In this document: piece after piece, positions 27,864-38,382 of the stretch
Position numbering within the stretch: the stretch's first letter is position 1
Layout of the letters: each line of letters opens with the position of its first letter
NCBI GenBank assembly: GCA_963756185.1
Contig: CAVWMS010000001.1
Location: 11,038-75,037, forward strand
Direction: 5' to 3'
Length of the DNA stretch: 64,000 nt
From: an uncultured Verrucomicrobiae bacterium
GTDB taxonomy: Bacteria > Verrucomicrobiota > Verrucomicrobiia > Chthoniobacterales > Chthoniobacteraceae
Made by a program: the position numbers and the translations under genes
Notes under the pieces: model-generated
The model's database searches: none
Seen by the model: only the letters and a program-made list of their open reading frames with translations
Told to the model about the DNA's origin: nothing

Positions 27864-29573
27864 TTAGTGATCCTCGGAAGTCACGCGGCCGACTTCTTCG
27901 AGTGTGGTGACGCCTTCGCGGGCCTTGTCGATGCCGACGACGCGCAGGCTCTTCATGCCTTCGGCAATGGCCTGGGCCTTGATGACGGCGGCGGAGGCGC
28001 GTTTGATGATGAGGCGGCGGATGGATTCGCTGACGGCGAGGACTTCGAGGATGGCGGCGCGGCCCAGGTAGCCGCGGCGTTTGCAACGGTCGCAGCCGGC
28101 GCCCTTGTAGAAAGAGGTCTCCGGGTCATCGATCTCGAGTTTATCGAGCATCTCGGGTTCCGGCTTGTATTCCTCGCGGCAATTGGGGCAGATGCGGCGC
28201 ACGAGACGTTGTGCGCAGGAGAGGATGACGGAGGTGGAAATGAGGAAGGGCTCGATGCCCATGTCATCGAGACGGGTGATGGCGCCCGCAGCGTCGTTGG
28301 TGTGAAGGGTCGAGAGCACCTGGTGGCCGGTGAGGGCGGCCTTGACGGCGATGTCGGCGGTTTCGTTGTCACGAATTTCACCGATCATCACGATGTCGGG
28401 GTCCTGGCGCAGGATGGAGCGGAGCGCGCCGGCGAAGTCGAGGCCGATCTCGCTCTTGACGGCGACCTGGTTGATGCCGGCGAGCTGGTATTCAATCGGA
28501 TCCTCGACGGTGACGATATTGTACTCCGGGTTGTTGAGTTCCTGGAGGACGGTGTAGAGGGTCGTGGTTTTACCGGAGCCGGTGGGGCCGGTGACGAGGA
28601 TCATGCCGTGCGGGGCGTCGATGGCCTTCTTGAAGCAGCCGAGGGTGTGTTCGTCCATGCCCATGTTGTCGATGGAGCCGGAGAGGGCGCTCTTGTCGAG
28701 GAGACGGATGACGATTTTTTCGCCGTGAACAGTGGGGAGGACGGAAATACGAAGATCGACTTCCTTGCCCGAGACGCGGATGCGGAAACGACCGTCCTGC
28801 GGGAGGCGGCGCTCGGCGATGTCGAGGCCGGCGAGAATCTTGATGCGGGAGGCGATGGGCAACTGGAGGGCCTTGGGCGGGGAGCTGGCCTCGACCAGGG
28901 CGCCGTCAACGCGGTAGCGGAGCTTGAGGGTCTTTTCGAAGGGCTCGATGTGAATATCGGAGGCTTTTTCCTTGAGGGCCTGGACGAGGATGAGGTTGAC
29001 GATCTTGATGACCGGGGCGTCCTCGCTTTCGTGGGCGAGCTTGTCCAGGTCGATTTCCTCGCGCTTCTGGGTGACGACCTCGGCTTCGCTGGCTTCCTTG
29101 GAGACCTCCTGGATCATCTGCTCCATCTGCTGGCCGGCGCTGTTGACGCCGCTCAGGGCCTCCATGACGGCACGCTCGGTGGTGATCATGGGGACGATCT
29201 CCATCTTGGTGCGCTGGCGCAGGTCGTCGAGGGCCAGGACGTTGAGGGGATCGGCCATCGCGACGAAGAGCTTGTTGGCGAGGCGGCAGATGGGGGCCAG
29301 CTTGTAGGCGCGGGCCATGTCCTTGGGCACCAGTTCGAGCACGTCCTCGGGGACGCGGACACGGGAGAGATTGATGGGAGGCGTATCGAGGCAGCGGCCC
29401 ATGGAGATGACCATGTCCTGCTCGGTCACGAAATTGCGGTCGGTGAGGATTTTCAGCAGGCGTCCGCCCTGCTTTTTCTGGATATCAGTGGCCTCATCGA
29501 GCTGGCTGGCCAGCAGCAGCCCGTCCTCGATGAGGACATCCGCGATGCGTTCGCCGAAAGATTTGATGCTCAT
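27864..29573 (-). CDS. GspE/PilB-family secretion/pilus ATPase with an N-terminal GspE_N (MshEN-like) domain.
   Basis: Walker A GPTGSGKTT, tetracysteine CPNC...CDRC, and an N-terminal RIADVLIEDGLLLASQLDEA motif. Confidence 0.85.
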   Translation of the reverse strand: MSIKSFGERIADVLIEDGLLLASQLDEATDIQKKQGGRLLKILTDRNFVTEQDMVISMGRCLDTPPINLSRVRVPEDVLELVPKDMARAYKLAPICRLANKLFVAMADPLNVLALDDLRQRTKMEIVPMITTERAVMEALSGVNSAGQQMEQMIQEVSKEASEAEVVTQKREEIDLDKLAHESEDAPVIKIVNLILVQALKEKASDIHIEPFEKTLKLRYRVDGALVEASSPPKALQLPIASRIKILAGLDIAERRLPQDGRFRIRVSGKEVDLRISVLPTVHGEKIVIRLLDKSALSGSIDNMGMDEHTLGCFKKAIDAPHGMILVTGPTGSGKTTTLYTVLQELNNPEYNIVTVEDPIEYQLAGINQVAVKSEIGLDFAGALRSILRQDPDIVMIGEIRDNETADIAVKAALTGHQVLSTLHTNDAAGAITRLDDMGIEPFLISTSVILSCAQRLVRRICPNCREEYKPEPEMLDKLEIDDPETSFYKGAGCDRCKRRGYLGRAAILEVLAVSESIRRLIIKRASAAVIKAQAIAEGMKSLRVVGIDKAREGVTTLEEVGRVTSEDH

Positions 29574-29597
29574 GGGATGCTCTGGAGTGGGAAAGGG

Positions 29598-30524
29598 TTA
29601 TTCGCGGCCATCGAGGCGATAGGCATCGCGCAGCGCCTTGGCGATGGCGGCGGGAGCGGCGACGTGCCACTGGATGTTGTAATCGAGAAGCTGCTGGACG
29701 GCCTCCTTGCCCTGGGCGTCGAATGGATTGGCCGTGGCGATCATGATGGTGCGGCTGATGAGGTCGAAAGGAACGATGAGGCGGCCGAGGGTGAGCTGCT
29801 CGGGCAGCATGCGAACGACCTGGCGGTCCACCTCGTAGCAATCGAGGGGGATGTAGGCGAACTTCGAGCGTTCGAGGATGCCGCAAAGGAGGGTTTCGAG
29901 GCTCGACATGCCGCTCTTGGCGATGTCATCGATGAGCGAGGAGGCGAGCGCTTGCGGCCCGGCGTTCTTGTTGATCTTCGTCACGCGCTCGAGGGAGGTG
30001 CGCACGGTCTCCTCGGGGGCGAGCCTGTGCTGGATGAGGAATTTGGCGAGGGCCTCGTTGCCGTCGTTTTCCAGCTTCAATTCCACGCCGGCGCCTTCGG
30101 GCTTGATGGTGGCGCTGGTGGTGATGAGGGTGGGGTCTTCGGCGATGATCGAGCCGAAATCCATCGAGATGGGGGAATCGGCCGGCTGGATCGATTTTTC
30201 CGAGGGCTTGCCGTTGACGGGGTGAAGCTTTGTCTCGACCTCGGCCAGCATCTTGGTCACTTCGGCGTTGTTCGGCTCCTTTTGGAGGATGCCTTCGTAC
30301 TCGAGGAGGGCGGAAGAATACTGGCCGAGGGAGTAATAGGCGTCCGCGAGCTTGCGGGTGATGGCCAGGGCGTCGCTCTGGCGGTTGAGCTTCCAGTAGG
30401 CCTCCTTGAGGATCTCCATCGACTGGCAATCCTGGGCGTTCGACTGCAGAATGACCTCGAACATCTCGATGGTCTGTAATATCTGGTCGAGTTCCTCGTT
30501 AGTGACGCTCTGCGCGGTGGTCAT
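29598..30524 (-). CDS. TPR-repeat protein with a C-terminal GspE_N (T2SSE_N) domain.
   Basis: The N-terminus is TPR-like (ADAYYSLGQYSSALLEYEGILQKEPNNAEV). The C-terminus ...LPEQLTLGRLIVPFDLISRTIMIATANPFD is typical of GspE_N. Confidence 0.65.
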   Translation of the reverse strand: MTTAQSVTNEELDQILQTIEMFEVILQSNAQDCQSMEILKEAYWKLNRQSDALAITRKLADAYYSLGQYSSALLEYEGILQKEPNNAEVTKMLAEVETKLHPVNGKPSEKSIQPADSPISMDFGSIIAEDPTLITTSATIKPEGAGVELKLENDGNEALAKFLIQHRLAPEETVRTSLERVTKINKNAGPQALASSLIDDIAKSGMSSLETLLCGILERSKFAYIPLDCYEVDRQVVRMLPEQLTLGRLIVPFDLISRTIMIATANPFDAQGKEAVQQLLDYNIQWHVAAPAAIAKALRDAYRLDGRE

Positions 30525-30917
30525 GGGCTGATCGACCCTGAGATAGCTAGAAACGTGCCCCTGCGCAGGAGGCGTTCAATTTTGAGACTCGGTCCTACAA
30601 CCGACTTTTCATGCCACTTTGGGCTAAATTCGGCAGGCTTCCCAATTCGCATTGAAATGGGGGTTTGGCGGCGGGAAAATCGTCAGCAGGTGATCCATAT
30701 GACTAGCAACTCAACCGCGGTCGGAACATGGGATTTCCTTCGTTTGAATCCCACGGCTTACCCGTGACCCCCTAAATACCAAGGCCTTGCAACCGCGCTG
30801 GCGGGGTGCAGTCGACAGTATGCCGTCTAGCGCAGGAACGAGGCCAAAGCCTCAACCCTTTTCGCGCCCCGAGCGGGCGCCCTGCATCCCTCAAAGAAAC
30901 CCAAACCTAGGAATAAT

Positions 30918-33065
30918 ATGACTCAACAATTAACCATGGTGGCGATCTGGGCATTCATCATTGTCATCGCCCTGCCGCTGGCGATATGGCTGGCCTGCCG
31001 GCTGCTCGGGGTAAGATATATCCCGCACAGCTCGGTGGGCATCATCGAGAAATACTGGTCGCTGCGGGGATCGCTCCGAGAGGGGCGGATCGTGGCGGGA
31101 AGCGGAGAAGCGGGATTCCAGACGCGGCTGCTGCGTGGCGGCCTGCACCTTGGATTATTCCCGTGGCAATACCGGGTGCACCGGCAGGCGCTGGTGGCGG
31201 TGTCGGAAGGGAAGATTGGCTACGTCTACGCGCGCGACGGCAGCCCGCTGCAACCGGTGCAGACGCTGGGCCAGGTGGTCGAGTGCAACCACTTCCAGGA
31301 CGCGCAGGCGTTCCTGGTCAATGGCGGGCAGCGGGGCCGGCAACGGCTGATCCTGCGCGAGGGTGTTTATGCGATCAACCTGGCGCTGTTCGTGGTAATT
31401 ACCGAGAGCAACGTGTTCTCCGGGCCGGTTCGGGAACGGGAGCAGACGAAGTATGGGGATTGGCAGCGAGAGCTGGGGATGCTGCGGGCGTTTGACCCGG
31501 TGGTTATTGGCTACGGGAGCCAGGAGTATCCGAAGGATGCCGGCGACCGGAACGACCTGCCCGACGTGCAGGGGATGGAACTGCTGCCGAGCGACAACAT
31601 CGGCGTGGTGAGCGTGCAGGATGGGCCGACGATCGGAGCGGGGGAGATCATTGCGCCGGAACTGCCGAAGCGGGAAGACGGCCTGGATCATAAATATTTC
31701 CAGGATCCCGAGGCGTTCCTGGAGCTGGGGGGACGGCGCGGGAAGCAGTTGCAGGTGCTGACGGATGGGACGTTCTTCATCAACCGCTGGTTTGCGACGG
31801 TGGAGATCAAGCCGAAGACGGTGATCCCAATCGGCTACGTGGGCGTGGTGGTCTCCTATTACGGCGGCCAGGGCGAAGATCTGACGGGAACCGGGTTCCG
31901 GTACGGGGAACAGGTGGAACCGGGGCACCGCGGCGTGTGGAAGCAGGCGCTGCCGCCCGGGAAGTTCGCGCTGAACCCGTATGCGCTGAAGGTGGAGCTG
32001 GTACCGACGGTGAACTTCGTGCTGCGGTGGATTACCGGGCAGACGGAGGCGCACCAGTACGACGCGGAGTTGTGCAGCATCGAGCTGGTGACGGCGGACG
32101 GATACGAGCCGCTGCTGCCGCTATCGCTGATCCTGCACATCGATTACCAGAAGGCGTCGCGCGTGGTGCAGCGGTTCGGCGATGTGAAGCGGCTGATCTC
32201 GCAGACGCTGGACCCGATGCTGACATCGTATTTCCGCGACGTGGCGCAGAGCTCGCACATGCTGGACCTGCTGACCAAGCGCGAAGAAATCCAGGAAAAG
32301 GCCACGGAGGAATTGGGCCGGCGTTTCCAGGGTTATGACATCGAGTGCGTGGCGGTGCTGATCGGGCGGCCCGAGCCGAAAATCGACGCGGCGCGCCCAG
32401 ATTACAATCCGATCGAGCAACTGTTCAACCAATTGCGGATGCGGCGCCTGGCCGAGGAGCAGAAGGAGACCTTCTCCAAGCAGGAGGAGGCGGCGGTAAG
32501 GCAGAAGGAATTGAACCACGCCTTCGCCGCGGCGGAGAAGCAGAAAGAACTCACGGAGACGCGCATCGGCATCGAGCTGGCCGCAAACCGCGGCGAGGCG
32601 CAACTGGCGGAAGCGCAAGGGCTGGCCAAGCGCGACGTGGCGCGGGCCGAGGGTGAATCGCGCTCGAAGGAGCTGCTGGGCAAGGGCGAGGCGGCGCGGA
32701 TCGCGCAGATCGGGTTGAGCGAGGCGGCGGTGCAGTTGCAAAAAATCCGCGCGTATGGCGACCCGAGGCTGTTCGCGCTGAACCTGGTGTCCGAGCATTT
32801 TGCCAACAGCACGCAACCGCTGGTGCCCGAGCGCCTGCTGGTGATGGGCGAGCAGGGACACAACGGCAACGGCGAAGGCGAGAAGGCCCCGCAAATGGCC
32901 GGCGGCCAGGCGTTCGGCATGGTGGGCCAGTTGCTCACGCTGCTGCTGAGCGAACGCTCCGGGGTGAACATCGCCGGGAACCAGCCCGGGACGGAAGACC
33001 TGGAGAAGTTTGCGCGGGATATCGTCCAGCAGAAGGAGACCGCGGCGACCGCGGCGAAGAGCTGA
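30918..33065 (+). CDS. Flotillin / SPFH (band-7) domain protein with a long coiled-coil C-terminus.
   Basis: N-terminal TM helix, an SPFH region, and an AEA/EA-rich coiled coil (AAAEKQKELTETRIGIELAANRGEAQLAEAQG...). Confidence 0.8.
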   Translation: MTQQLTMVAIWAFIIVIALPLAIWLACRLLGVRYIPHSSVGIIEKYWSLRGSLREGRIVAGSGEAGFQTRLLRGGLHLGLFPWQYRVHRQALVAVSEGKIGYVYARDGSPLQPVQTLGQVVECNHFQDAQAFLVNGGQRGRQRLILREGVYAINLALFVVITESNVFSGPVREREQTKYGDWQRELGMLRAFDPVVIGYGSQEYPKDAGDRNDLPDVQGMELLPSDNIGVVSVQDGPTIGAGEIIAPELPKREDGLDHKYFQDPEAFLELGGRRGKQLQVLTDGTFFINRWFATVEIKPKTVIPIGYVGVVVSYYGGQGEDLTGTGFRYGEQVEPGHRGVWKQALPPGKFALNPYALKVELVPTVNFVLRWITGQTEAHQYDAELCSIELVTADGYEPLLPLSLILHIDYQKASRVVQRFGDVKRLISQTLDPMLTSYFRDVAQSSHMLDLLTKREEIQEKATEELGRRFQGYDIECVAVLIGRPEPKIDAARPDYNPIEQLFNQLRMRRLAEEQKETFSKQEEAAVRQKELNHAFAAAEKQKELTETRIGIELAANRGEAQLAEAQGLAKRDVARAEGESRSKELLGKGEAARIAQIGLSEAAVQLQKIRAYGDPRLFALNLVSEHFANSTQPLVPERLLVMGEQGHNGNGEGEKAPQMAGGQAFGMVGQLLTLLLSERSGVNIAGNQPGTEDLEKFARDIVQQKETAATAAKS

Positions 33066-33165
33066 AGCCCCGCCTCTGGCGGGAGCGCGTTATCAATTCC
33101 CGCCCGGTGTTAAGCCGGGCGGGATTCTTGGTTGTTGCGCAGGAAAGACGGTGCAGATTGTGCGC

Positions 33166-33564
33166 ATGGTTCGAATCACCCCATTTAACGCATACAAAGC
33201 AAGATTCATCGCGGTTTTCGATGAGGCGATTGTTCGCCTTAGCAATGAATTCCCGAATGTGAAATTCGGCCGGTGCGTTGAAGAATATCAGGTGTATCTT
33301 TCCGCGTTGATTTTAGATGCGGCCATCGATGCTCCCGACCTTGTCGAGTTGGTGATTGGCATTGCTGCTTCGGATGATGGCAAAACGTCTCTTGAAGCGG
33401 ATCTGATTTGGGGCCACCCATCGGGAAATGTGGAGAGCAGCTTCGCGCCGGGGCCAGTCGATGCAAACGAGGAAAATCTTCAGAAGCTATATCTTGACCT
33501 GCCGCGATTGCTCGATGGGTTAAGGAGTGCGGTGATGAGGGCGCGACCCAAATCCACAAACTAA
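33166..33564 (+). CDS. Hypothetical protein in a lower-GC segment.
   Basis: Start taken at MVRITPFNAYKARF; the longer ORF from 33010 overlaps the flotillin gene and is Arg-rich junk. No recognisable domain. Confidence 0.45.
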   Translation: MVRITPFNAYKARFIAVFDEAIVRLSNEFPNVKFGRCVEEYQVYLSALILDAAIDAPDLVELVIGIAASDDGKTSLEADLIWGHPSGNVESSFAPGPVDANEENLQKLYLDLPRLLDGLRSAVMRARPKSTN

Positions 33565-33573
33565 AAAGAGCTA

Positions 33574-34164
33574 ATGGAGACCGATAGCTTCTTAAAACGG
33601 CAGGCTGCTCTGGGATCGTCAGATGCGAGTTTTCGGATGGGTTATCGCTTCGCTTTTGGGCGCGGCAGAAAGAGAGACTGGAGCCAGGTAGTCCGGTATT
33701 GGAAAAGGGCCGCAAATGCTGGCCATGTTCGTGCGGCATTTTACTTGGGAACTGTTTACGACTTTGGGAAAGGCGTCAAAACGAATCGGCGCCGTGCCAT
33801 GTTTTGGTACGGCAAGGCAGCTAAATCTGGTCATCCTCAGGCGCAGTATAATCTGGCTCTCGGCTACGCCAATGGCGACGGCGTCCCGCGCGATCTGAAA
33901 AAGTACTTATACTGGCTACGCAAAGCCGACAAATCCGGTGAATCCGAGGCGTCATTGAATCTGGGCGTTTGTTATTACGAGGGTCGCGGAGTTAAAAGGA
34001 ACTTAAAGCGAGCAGTGCAATTTTATTTGAAGGCGGCTACCGCCGGGGAGAAAAAGGCGCAATGGAATTTGAGTCTTTGTTATCTGTACGGCGAGGGTGT
34101 GGCAAAAAATCTCCGACTTGCAAAAAAATGGTTGAGATTGTCCGGACGGACTCGGAAAATCTAG
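33574..34164 (+). CDS. Sel1-like repeat (SLR) protein.
   Basis: Four repeats of the A..G...A...LG..Y..G.GV..D...A..W..KAA pattern. Confidence 0.7.
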   Translation: METDSFLKRQAALGSSDASFRMGYRFAFGRGRKRDWSQVVRYWKRAANAGHVRAAFYLGTVYDFGKGVKTNRRRAMFWYGKAAKSGHPQAQYNLALGYANGDGVPRDLKKYLYWLRKADKSGESEASLNLGVCYYEGRGVKRNLKRAVQFYLKAATAGEKKAQWNLSLCYLYGEGVAKNLRLAKKWLRLSGRTRKI

Positions 34165-34659
34165 ATGGAGTTTCTATTAATCCCGAATTCCGAAGTTGAT
34201 CGGGGCGATCTGGCGCAATCTGCTGGCCGCGAGTGCCATTCGTCGGGCCTCACCGTATCTTTCAGATACGCTTCGGTCCTCCTCATGTCATCGCGACTCA
34301 GCATCTTGCACCATCTCATCCCCTCCAACATCGGAGTTCGGGTTAATTTGTCGGATTTTGGTTGGAAGCGGAGGAGGATGGGCATCGAAATGCGCTGCGC
34401 TGTTTCGATGCGGGCACGGCGGCTATTTGGCAGCGATGTGCGGACTCATTTTCTGCGGGCCGGTGTGATGGGAATTTTTAGGCCGCCGTGCCTGTTTTTG
34501 AAGGGCGGGGCGTCGCCCCGCGCCCCACTCAGGGGACAGCGGTCCCCTGAGAACCCCATGCGGTCGCTGGCGCGACAGATTGAAGCGAAAGTGCACTACT
34601 GTCTGGCAGTCCCTTCGGGACAACGTCGCGGCTGCGACTTTTTTAAGACGGGCTTAATT

Positions 34660-35436
34660 TTAGCCCAGTGCGGTTTTCACTTCCGCCTTTATGAATTCGC
34701 GGTTGAGCTTTGTGATGAAGAGGGCGGAGATTTCGGCGGGGCAGACGGCTTCGCATTCGTAATGGTTGCGGCAATTGCCGAAGCCTTCCTCGTCGTGTTT
34801 GGCGAGCATTTTCATCACACGCTCGGTGCGCTCGGGCTGGCCCTGGGGGAGGAGGGCGAGGTGCGAGACGCGGGCGGAGAGGAAGAGCATGGCGCTCGCG
34901 TTCGGGCAGGCGGCGACGCAGGCGCCGCAGCCGATGCAGGCGGCGGCGTCCATGGCGCGGTCGGCGACGGGCTTGGAAATGGGAATGCCGTTGGCGTCCT
35001 GCGGGGAGCCGGTGCGGACGGAGATGAAACCGCCGGCCTGCTGGATGCGGTCGAAGGCGGAGCGGTCGACGATGAGGTCGCGCAGAAGGGGGAAGGCGCG
35101 GGCGCGGAAGGGCTCGATGACAATGGTCTGGCCGTCGGGAAAATGGCGCATGTAAAGCTGGCAGGTGGTGGTGGCGCGGTTGGGGCCGTGGGCGGTGCCG
35201 TTGATGACCAGCGAGCACATGCCGCAAATGCCCTCGCGGCAATCGTGATCGAACGCGATCGGATCCTCGTTTCGGGCGATCAATGTCTCGTTCACGATGT
35301 CGAGCATCTCGAGGAACGAGGCGTCGGCGGGGATTTCGCGCGCTTCGTATTCCACGAAGCGGCCCTGCGTTTGGGCGTTTTTCTGACGCCAGACGCGCAG
35401 CTTGTAGTTCCGTTTGGCTGGGCCTTGCGCGGTCAT
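34660..35436 (-). CDS. sdhB: Succinate dehydrogenase/fumarate reductase iron-sulfur subunit.
   Basis: Cys clusters [21 protein letters not shown] and CEAVCP. Confidence 0.85.
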   Translation of the reverse strand: MTAQGPAKRNYKLRVWRQKNAQTQGRFVEYEAREIPADASFLEMLDIVNETLIARNEDPIAFDHDCREGICGMCSLVINGTAHGPNRATTTCQLYMRHFPDGQTIVIEPFRARAFPLLRDLIVDRSAFDRIQQAGGFISVRTGSPQDANGIPISKPVADRAMDAAACIGCGACVAACPNASAMLFLSARVSHLALLPQGQPERTERVMKMLAKHDEEGFGNCRNHYECEAVCPAEISALFITKLNREFIKAEVKTALG

Positions 35437-37349
35437 TTGTAGCTCCGAACTGCGAGGTGGACGTTATCGAACTCGAGCGGCTCCTTGTGCAATTGCGGCG
35501 GGCCGTCGCCGACATATTCCCACGCGGAGACGTAGGAATATTCCGCGTCGTTGCGCTTCGCCTCTCCGTCGGGGGTCTGGAATTCTTCGCGGAAATGGGC
35601 GCCGCACGACTCGCGCCGGTTGAGCGCGTCGTAGCAGAGCAACTCGGCGAATTGCAGAAAATCAGCGACGCGCCCGGCTTTTTCGAGCGATTGGTTCAGC
35701 TCGTCGCCGTCGCCGAGGACGTTGACATCCTCCCAGAATTCCTCGCGCAACTGCGGGATGCGTTTCAGCGCCTCGCGCAGGCCGGCTTCGTTGCGGGCCA
35801 TGCCGCATTTTTCCCACATCAGCAGGCCGAGTTCGCGGTGGAAATGATCGACCGACTTTTTTCCGCGGATGCCGAGGAGCCGCCGGGTGCGGTTGCGCAC
35901 GTCTTCCTCGGCCTGTTTGAATGGCGGCGAGTCGGCACTTGGTTTTTTGCCGACCTGCCCGGCGAGGTAATTGCCGATGGTGCCCGGCAGGACGAAGTAG
36001 CCGTCGGCGAGCCCCTGCATGAGGGCGCTGGCGCCGAGGCGGTTGGCGCCGTGGTCGGAGAAATTGGCCTCACCGAGGACGTGGAGACCCGGGAGGTTGC
36101 TCATGAGGTTATAGTCGACCCAGAGGCCGCCCATGGTGTAATGGACGGCGGGAAAGATGCGCATCGGGGTCTTGTAAGCATCCTCGTTGGTGATCTTGTC
36201 ATACATGTCGAAGAGGTTGCCGTAGCGTTCGCGGATGGCGCCCTCGCCGAGGCGCTTGATGGCGTCGGCGAAATCGAGATAGACGCCGAGGCCGGTGTCG
36301 CCGACGCCGCGGCCTTCGTCGCAGACTGCCTTCGCGGCGCGCGATGAAACGTCGCGCGCGGCGAGGTTGCCGAAGCTGGGATACTTGCGCTCGAGATAGT
36401 AATCGCGCTCGGCTTCGGGGATCTGGTTCGGGGGGCGCTTGTCGCCGGCTTTCTTCGGCACCCAGACGCGGCCATCGTTGCGCAGCGACTCGGACATGAG
36501 CGTCAGCTTCGATTGGTAAGGGCCGGTGACGGGGATGCAGGTCGGGTGAATCTGGGTGAAACAGGGATTGGCGAAGTAGGCGCCTTTCTTATAGGCGCGG
36601 AAGGCGGCGGTGACATTGCAACCCTTGGCGTTGGTCGAGAGGTAATAGACGTTGCCGTAGCCGCCGGTGGCAAGCACCACGGTATCGGCGGCGTGGGAGG
36701 AGATTGCGCCGGTTACCATGTCGCGGACGACGATGCCTTTCGCGTGTCCGTCGACCACGACGAGGTCGAGCATCTCCGTGCGCGGGAACATCTCGACGGC
36801 GCCGGCGGCGATTTGCCGGCAAAGCGCGCCGTAGGCGCCGATGAGCAATTGCTGCCCGGTCTGGCCGCGCGCGTAAAAGGTGCGGGAGACCTGGGCGCCG
36901 CCGAAGGAGCGATTGGCCAGCAGCCCGCCGTACTCGCGGGCGAAGGGGACGCCCTGGGCGACGCATTGGTCAATGATGGCGGTGCTGACCTGGGCGAGGC
37001 GGTAAACGTTCGCCTCGCGCGAGCGGAAATCGCCTCCTTTGACCGTGTCGTAAAAGAGCCGGTAAACGCTGTCGTTGTCGTTCTGGTAATTTTTCGCCGC
37101 GTTGATGCCGCCCTGCGCGGCGATGGAATGCGCGCGGCGCGGGGAATCCTGGTAGCAGAAGCATTTTACGCGGTAGCCGAGTTCGCCGAGGGTGGCGGCG
37201 GCGGAGGCGCCGGCGAGGCCCGAGCCGACGACGATGATCTCGAATTTGCGGCGGTTGGCCGGGTTGATGAGCCGCGACTGGAACTTGTGGAGGTCCCATT
37301 TTTTCTCGATGGGTCCCTCGGGGATGTGGGCATCGAGGCCGTTGGTCAT
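35433..37349 (-). CDS. sdhA: Succinate dehydrogenase/fumarate reductase flavoprotein subunit.
   Basis: FAD-binding [14 protein letters not shown] and the covalent-FAD region [13 protein letters not shown]. Start trimmed to [12 protein letters not shown] to abut sdhC. Confidence 0.85.
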   Translation of the reverse strand: MTNGLDAHIPEGPIEKKWDLHKFQSRLINPANRRKFEIIVVGSGLAGASAAATLGELGYRVKCFCYQDSPRRAHSIAAQGGINAAKNYQNDNDSVYRLFYDTVKGGDFRSREANVYRLAQVSTAIIDQCVAQGVPFAREYGGLLANRSFGGAQVSRTFYARGQTGQQLLIGAYGALCRQIAAGAVEMFPRTEMLDLVVVDGHAKGIVVRDMVTGAISSHAADTVVLATGGYGNVYYLSTNAKGCNVTAAFRAYKKGAYFANPCFTQIHPTCIPVTGPYQSKLTLMSESLRNDGRVWVPKKAGDKRPPNQIPEAERDYYLERKYPSFGNLAARDVSSRAAKAVCDEGRGVGDTGLGVYLDFADAIKRLGEGAIRERYGNLFDMYDKITNEDAYKTPMRIFPAVHYTMGGLWVDYNLMSNLPGLHVLGEANFSDHGANRLGASALMQGLADGYFVLPGTIGNYLAGQVGKKPSADSPPFKQAEEDVRNRTRRLLGIRGKKSVDHFHRELGLLMWEKCGMARNEAGLREALKRIPQLREEFWEDVNVLGDGDELNQSLEKAGRVADFLQFAELLCYDALNRRESCGAHFREEFQTPDGEAKRNDAEYSYVSAWEYVGDGPPQLHKEPLEFDNVHLAVRSYK

Positions 37350-38041
37350 AGGTGGAGGAACCCGGTCATCACGGCGATGGGGATGGCGATGTAACCGAGA
37401 CAAATGACGATGGCCAGGACGCGCCCGCCATTGACGAGCCAGGGGGCGAGCTTGGAGGAATTGAGGCCGAGGGTCTGGACAAAGCTGCCGAAGCCGTGGC
37501 TCAAGTGCATGCAAAGGAGAATCATTCCCACGATGTAAAAGCAGCTTGCGGCCGGCTGCTGGAAGCCCTCGACGACCATGCGGTAGATGTCGGGCTCCTC
37601 GGTGCCATTGGGGAGGGTCTGGTGGAGATTGGCGAAGTCAGGCCGGATGGTGTGGGTGGTGAAATGGAGGATGTGGAAAACGACGAAGCAGAGGACGATG
37701 AGGCCGCTGACGATCATCGAGCGGCTGGCCCAGTCAGACTTGCGGTAATGCGGGGCTTCGTAGCGGTCTGGCCGGGCGCGGCGGTTCTCGATGGCGAGCT
37801 GGATGGTGACGACGATGTGAGTGACGAAGCAGGCGAACAGGAAGGCGCGGATGACCCAAAGCAGCGGCCCGAGGCTGTGAAGGAATGCGCCGTAGGCATT
37901 GATGCGGCCCTTGTTGGGCAGGAAAATCTGGAGATTGCCGACCAGATGGCCGAGCACGTAGGCAACGAGGACCAGTCCCGTGAGGGCGACGATCCACTTT
38001 TTGCCGATGGAAGAGCGGCAGAAGCGGGTGAAATTACTCAT
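37346..38041 (-). CDS. sdhC: Succinate dehydrogenase cytochrome b558-type membrane subunit.
   Basis: Five TM helices with conserved His residues. N-terminus [37 protein letters not shown]. Confidence 0.75.
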   Translation of the reverse strand: MSNFTRFCRSSIGKKWIVALTGLVLVAYVLGHLVGNLQIFLPNKGRINAYGAFLHSLGPLLWVIRAFLFACFVTHIVVTIQLAIENRRARPDRYEAPHYRKSDWASRSMIVSGLIVLCFVVFHILHFTTHTIRPDFANLHQTLPNGTEEPDIYRMVVEGFQQPAASCFYIVGMILLCMHLSHGFGSFVQTLGLNSSKLAPWLVNGGRVLAIVICLGYIAIPIAVMTGFLHL

Positions 38042-38305
38042 TCTGCGCGACGTTCCGGAAGGGGAGGCAGGCGGGCGCTGGATGGTGAACCATGTTATTT
38101 TCGGAGGCGGGAACCGGCTTTCGAGGGCCGGCGAATGAATTACCTACTATGAGTTTGAATTTCGCTCAAGAGGTATGAAAGGGGGTGGAATTGGCGTCCA
38201 GGAGGAGGGTGTTCCGAAATTGATTTTGCGCTACAGAATAAAAGGCCAGAAAAATCGGTTTCGCGCCGAAAGGGTGGGTAGGTACTTGCGCTCGCCTCTG
38301 GACAA

Positions 38306-38382
38306 CTTTGCGTCTTTGCGCCTTTGCGTGAGTCCCTCATCCAGAAGGGATTAGCCTCACGCAAAGGCGCAAAGGCGCAAAG
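38306..38382. promoter_or_regulatory. Long imperfect hairpin (27-bp arms, one mismatch, 23-nt loop) built from three CTTTGCG(C/T) units, in the divergent sdhC / 38582 intergenic region.
   Basis: The left arm is ctttgcgtctttgcgcctttgcgtgag. The loop is tccctcatccagaagggattagc, with its own tccc/ggga mini-stem. The right arm is ctcacgcaaaggcgcaaaggcgcaaag. Confidence 0.6.

Noticed and set aside
27867-30479. 870-aa plus-strand ORF.
   Set aside because: It is antisense to the PilB-like ATPase and TPR genes and consists of poly-G/D/A/E low complexity.
33010-33165. N-terminal extension of ORF 33010..33564 (MRGISSSRRRPRRPRRRAEA...).
   Set aside because: It overlaps the flotillin gene 3' end and is poly-Arg junk. 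I placed the start at the internal Met 33166.
34165-37394. Several 290-425-aa plus-strand ORFs (34165, 35283, 36513).
   Set aside because: They are antisense to sdhB and sdhA, which carry unambiguous Fe-S and FAD motifs on the minus strand.
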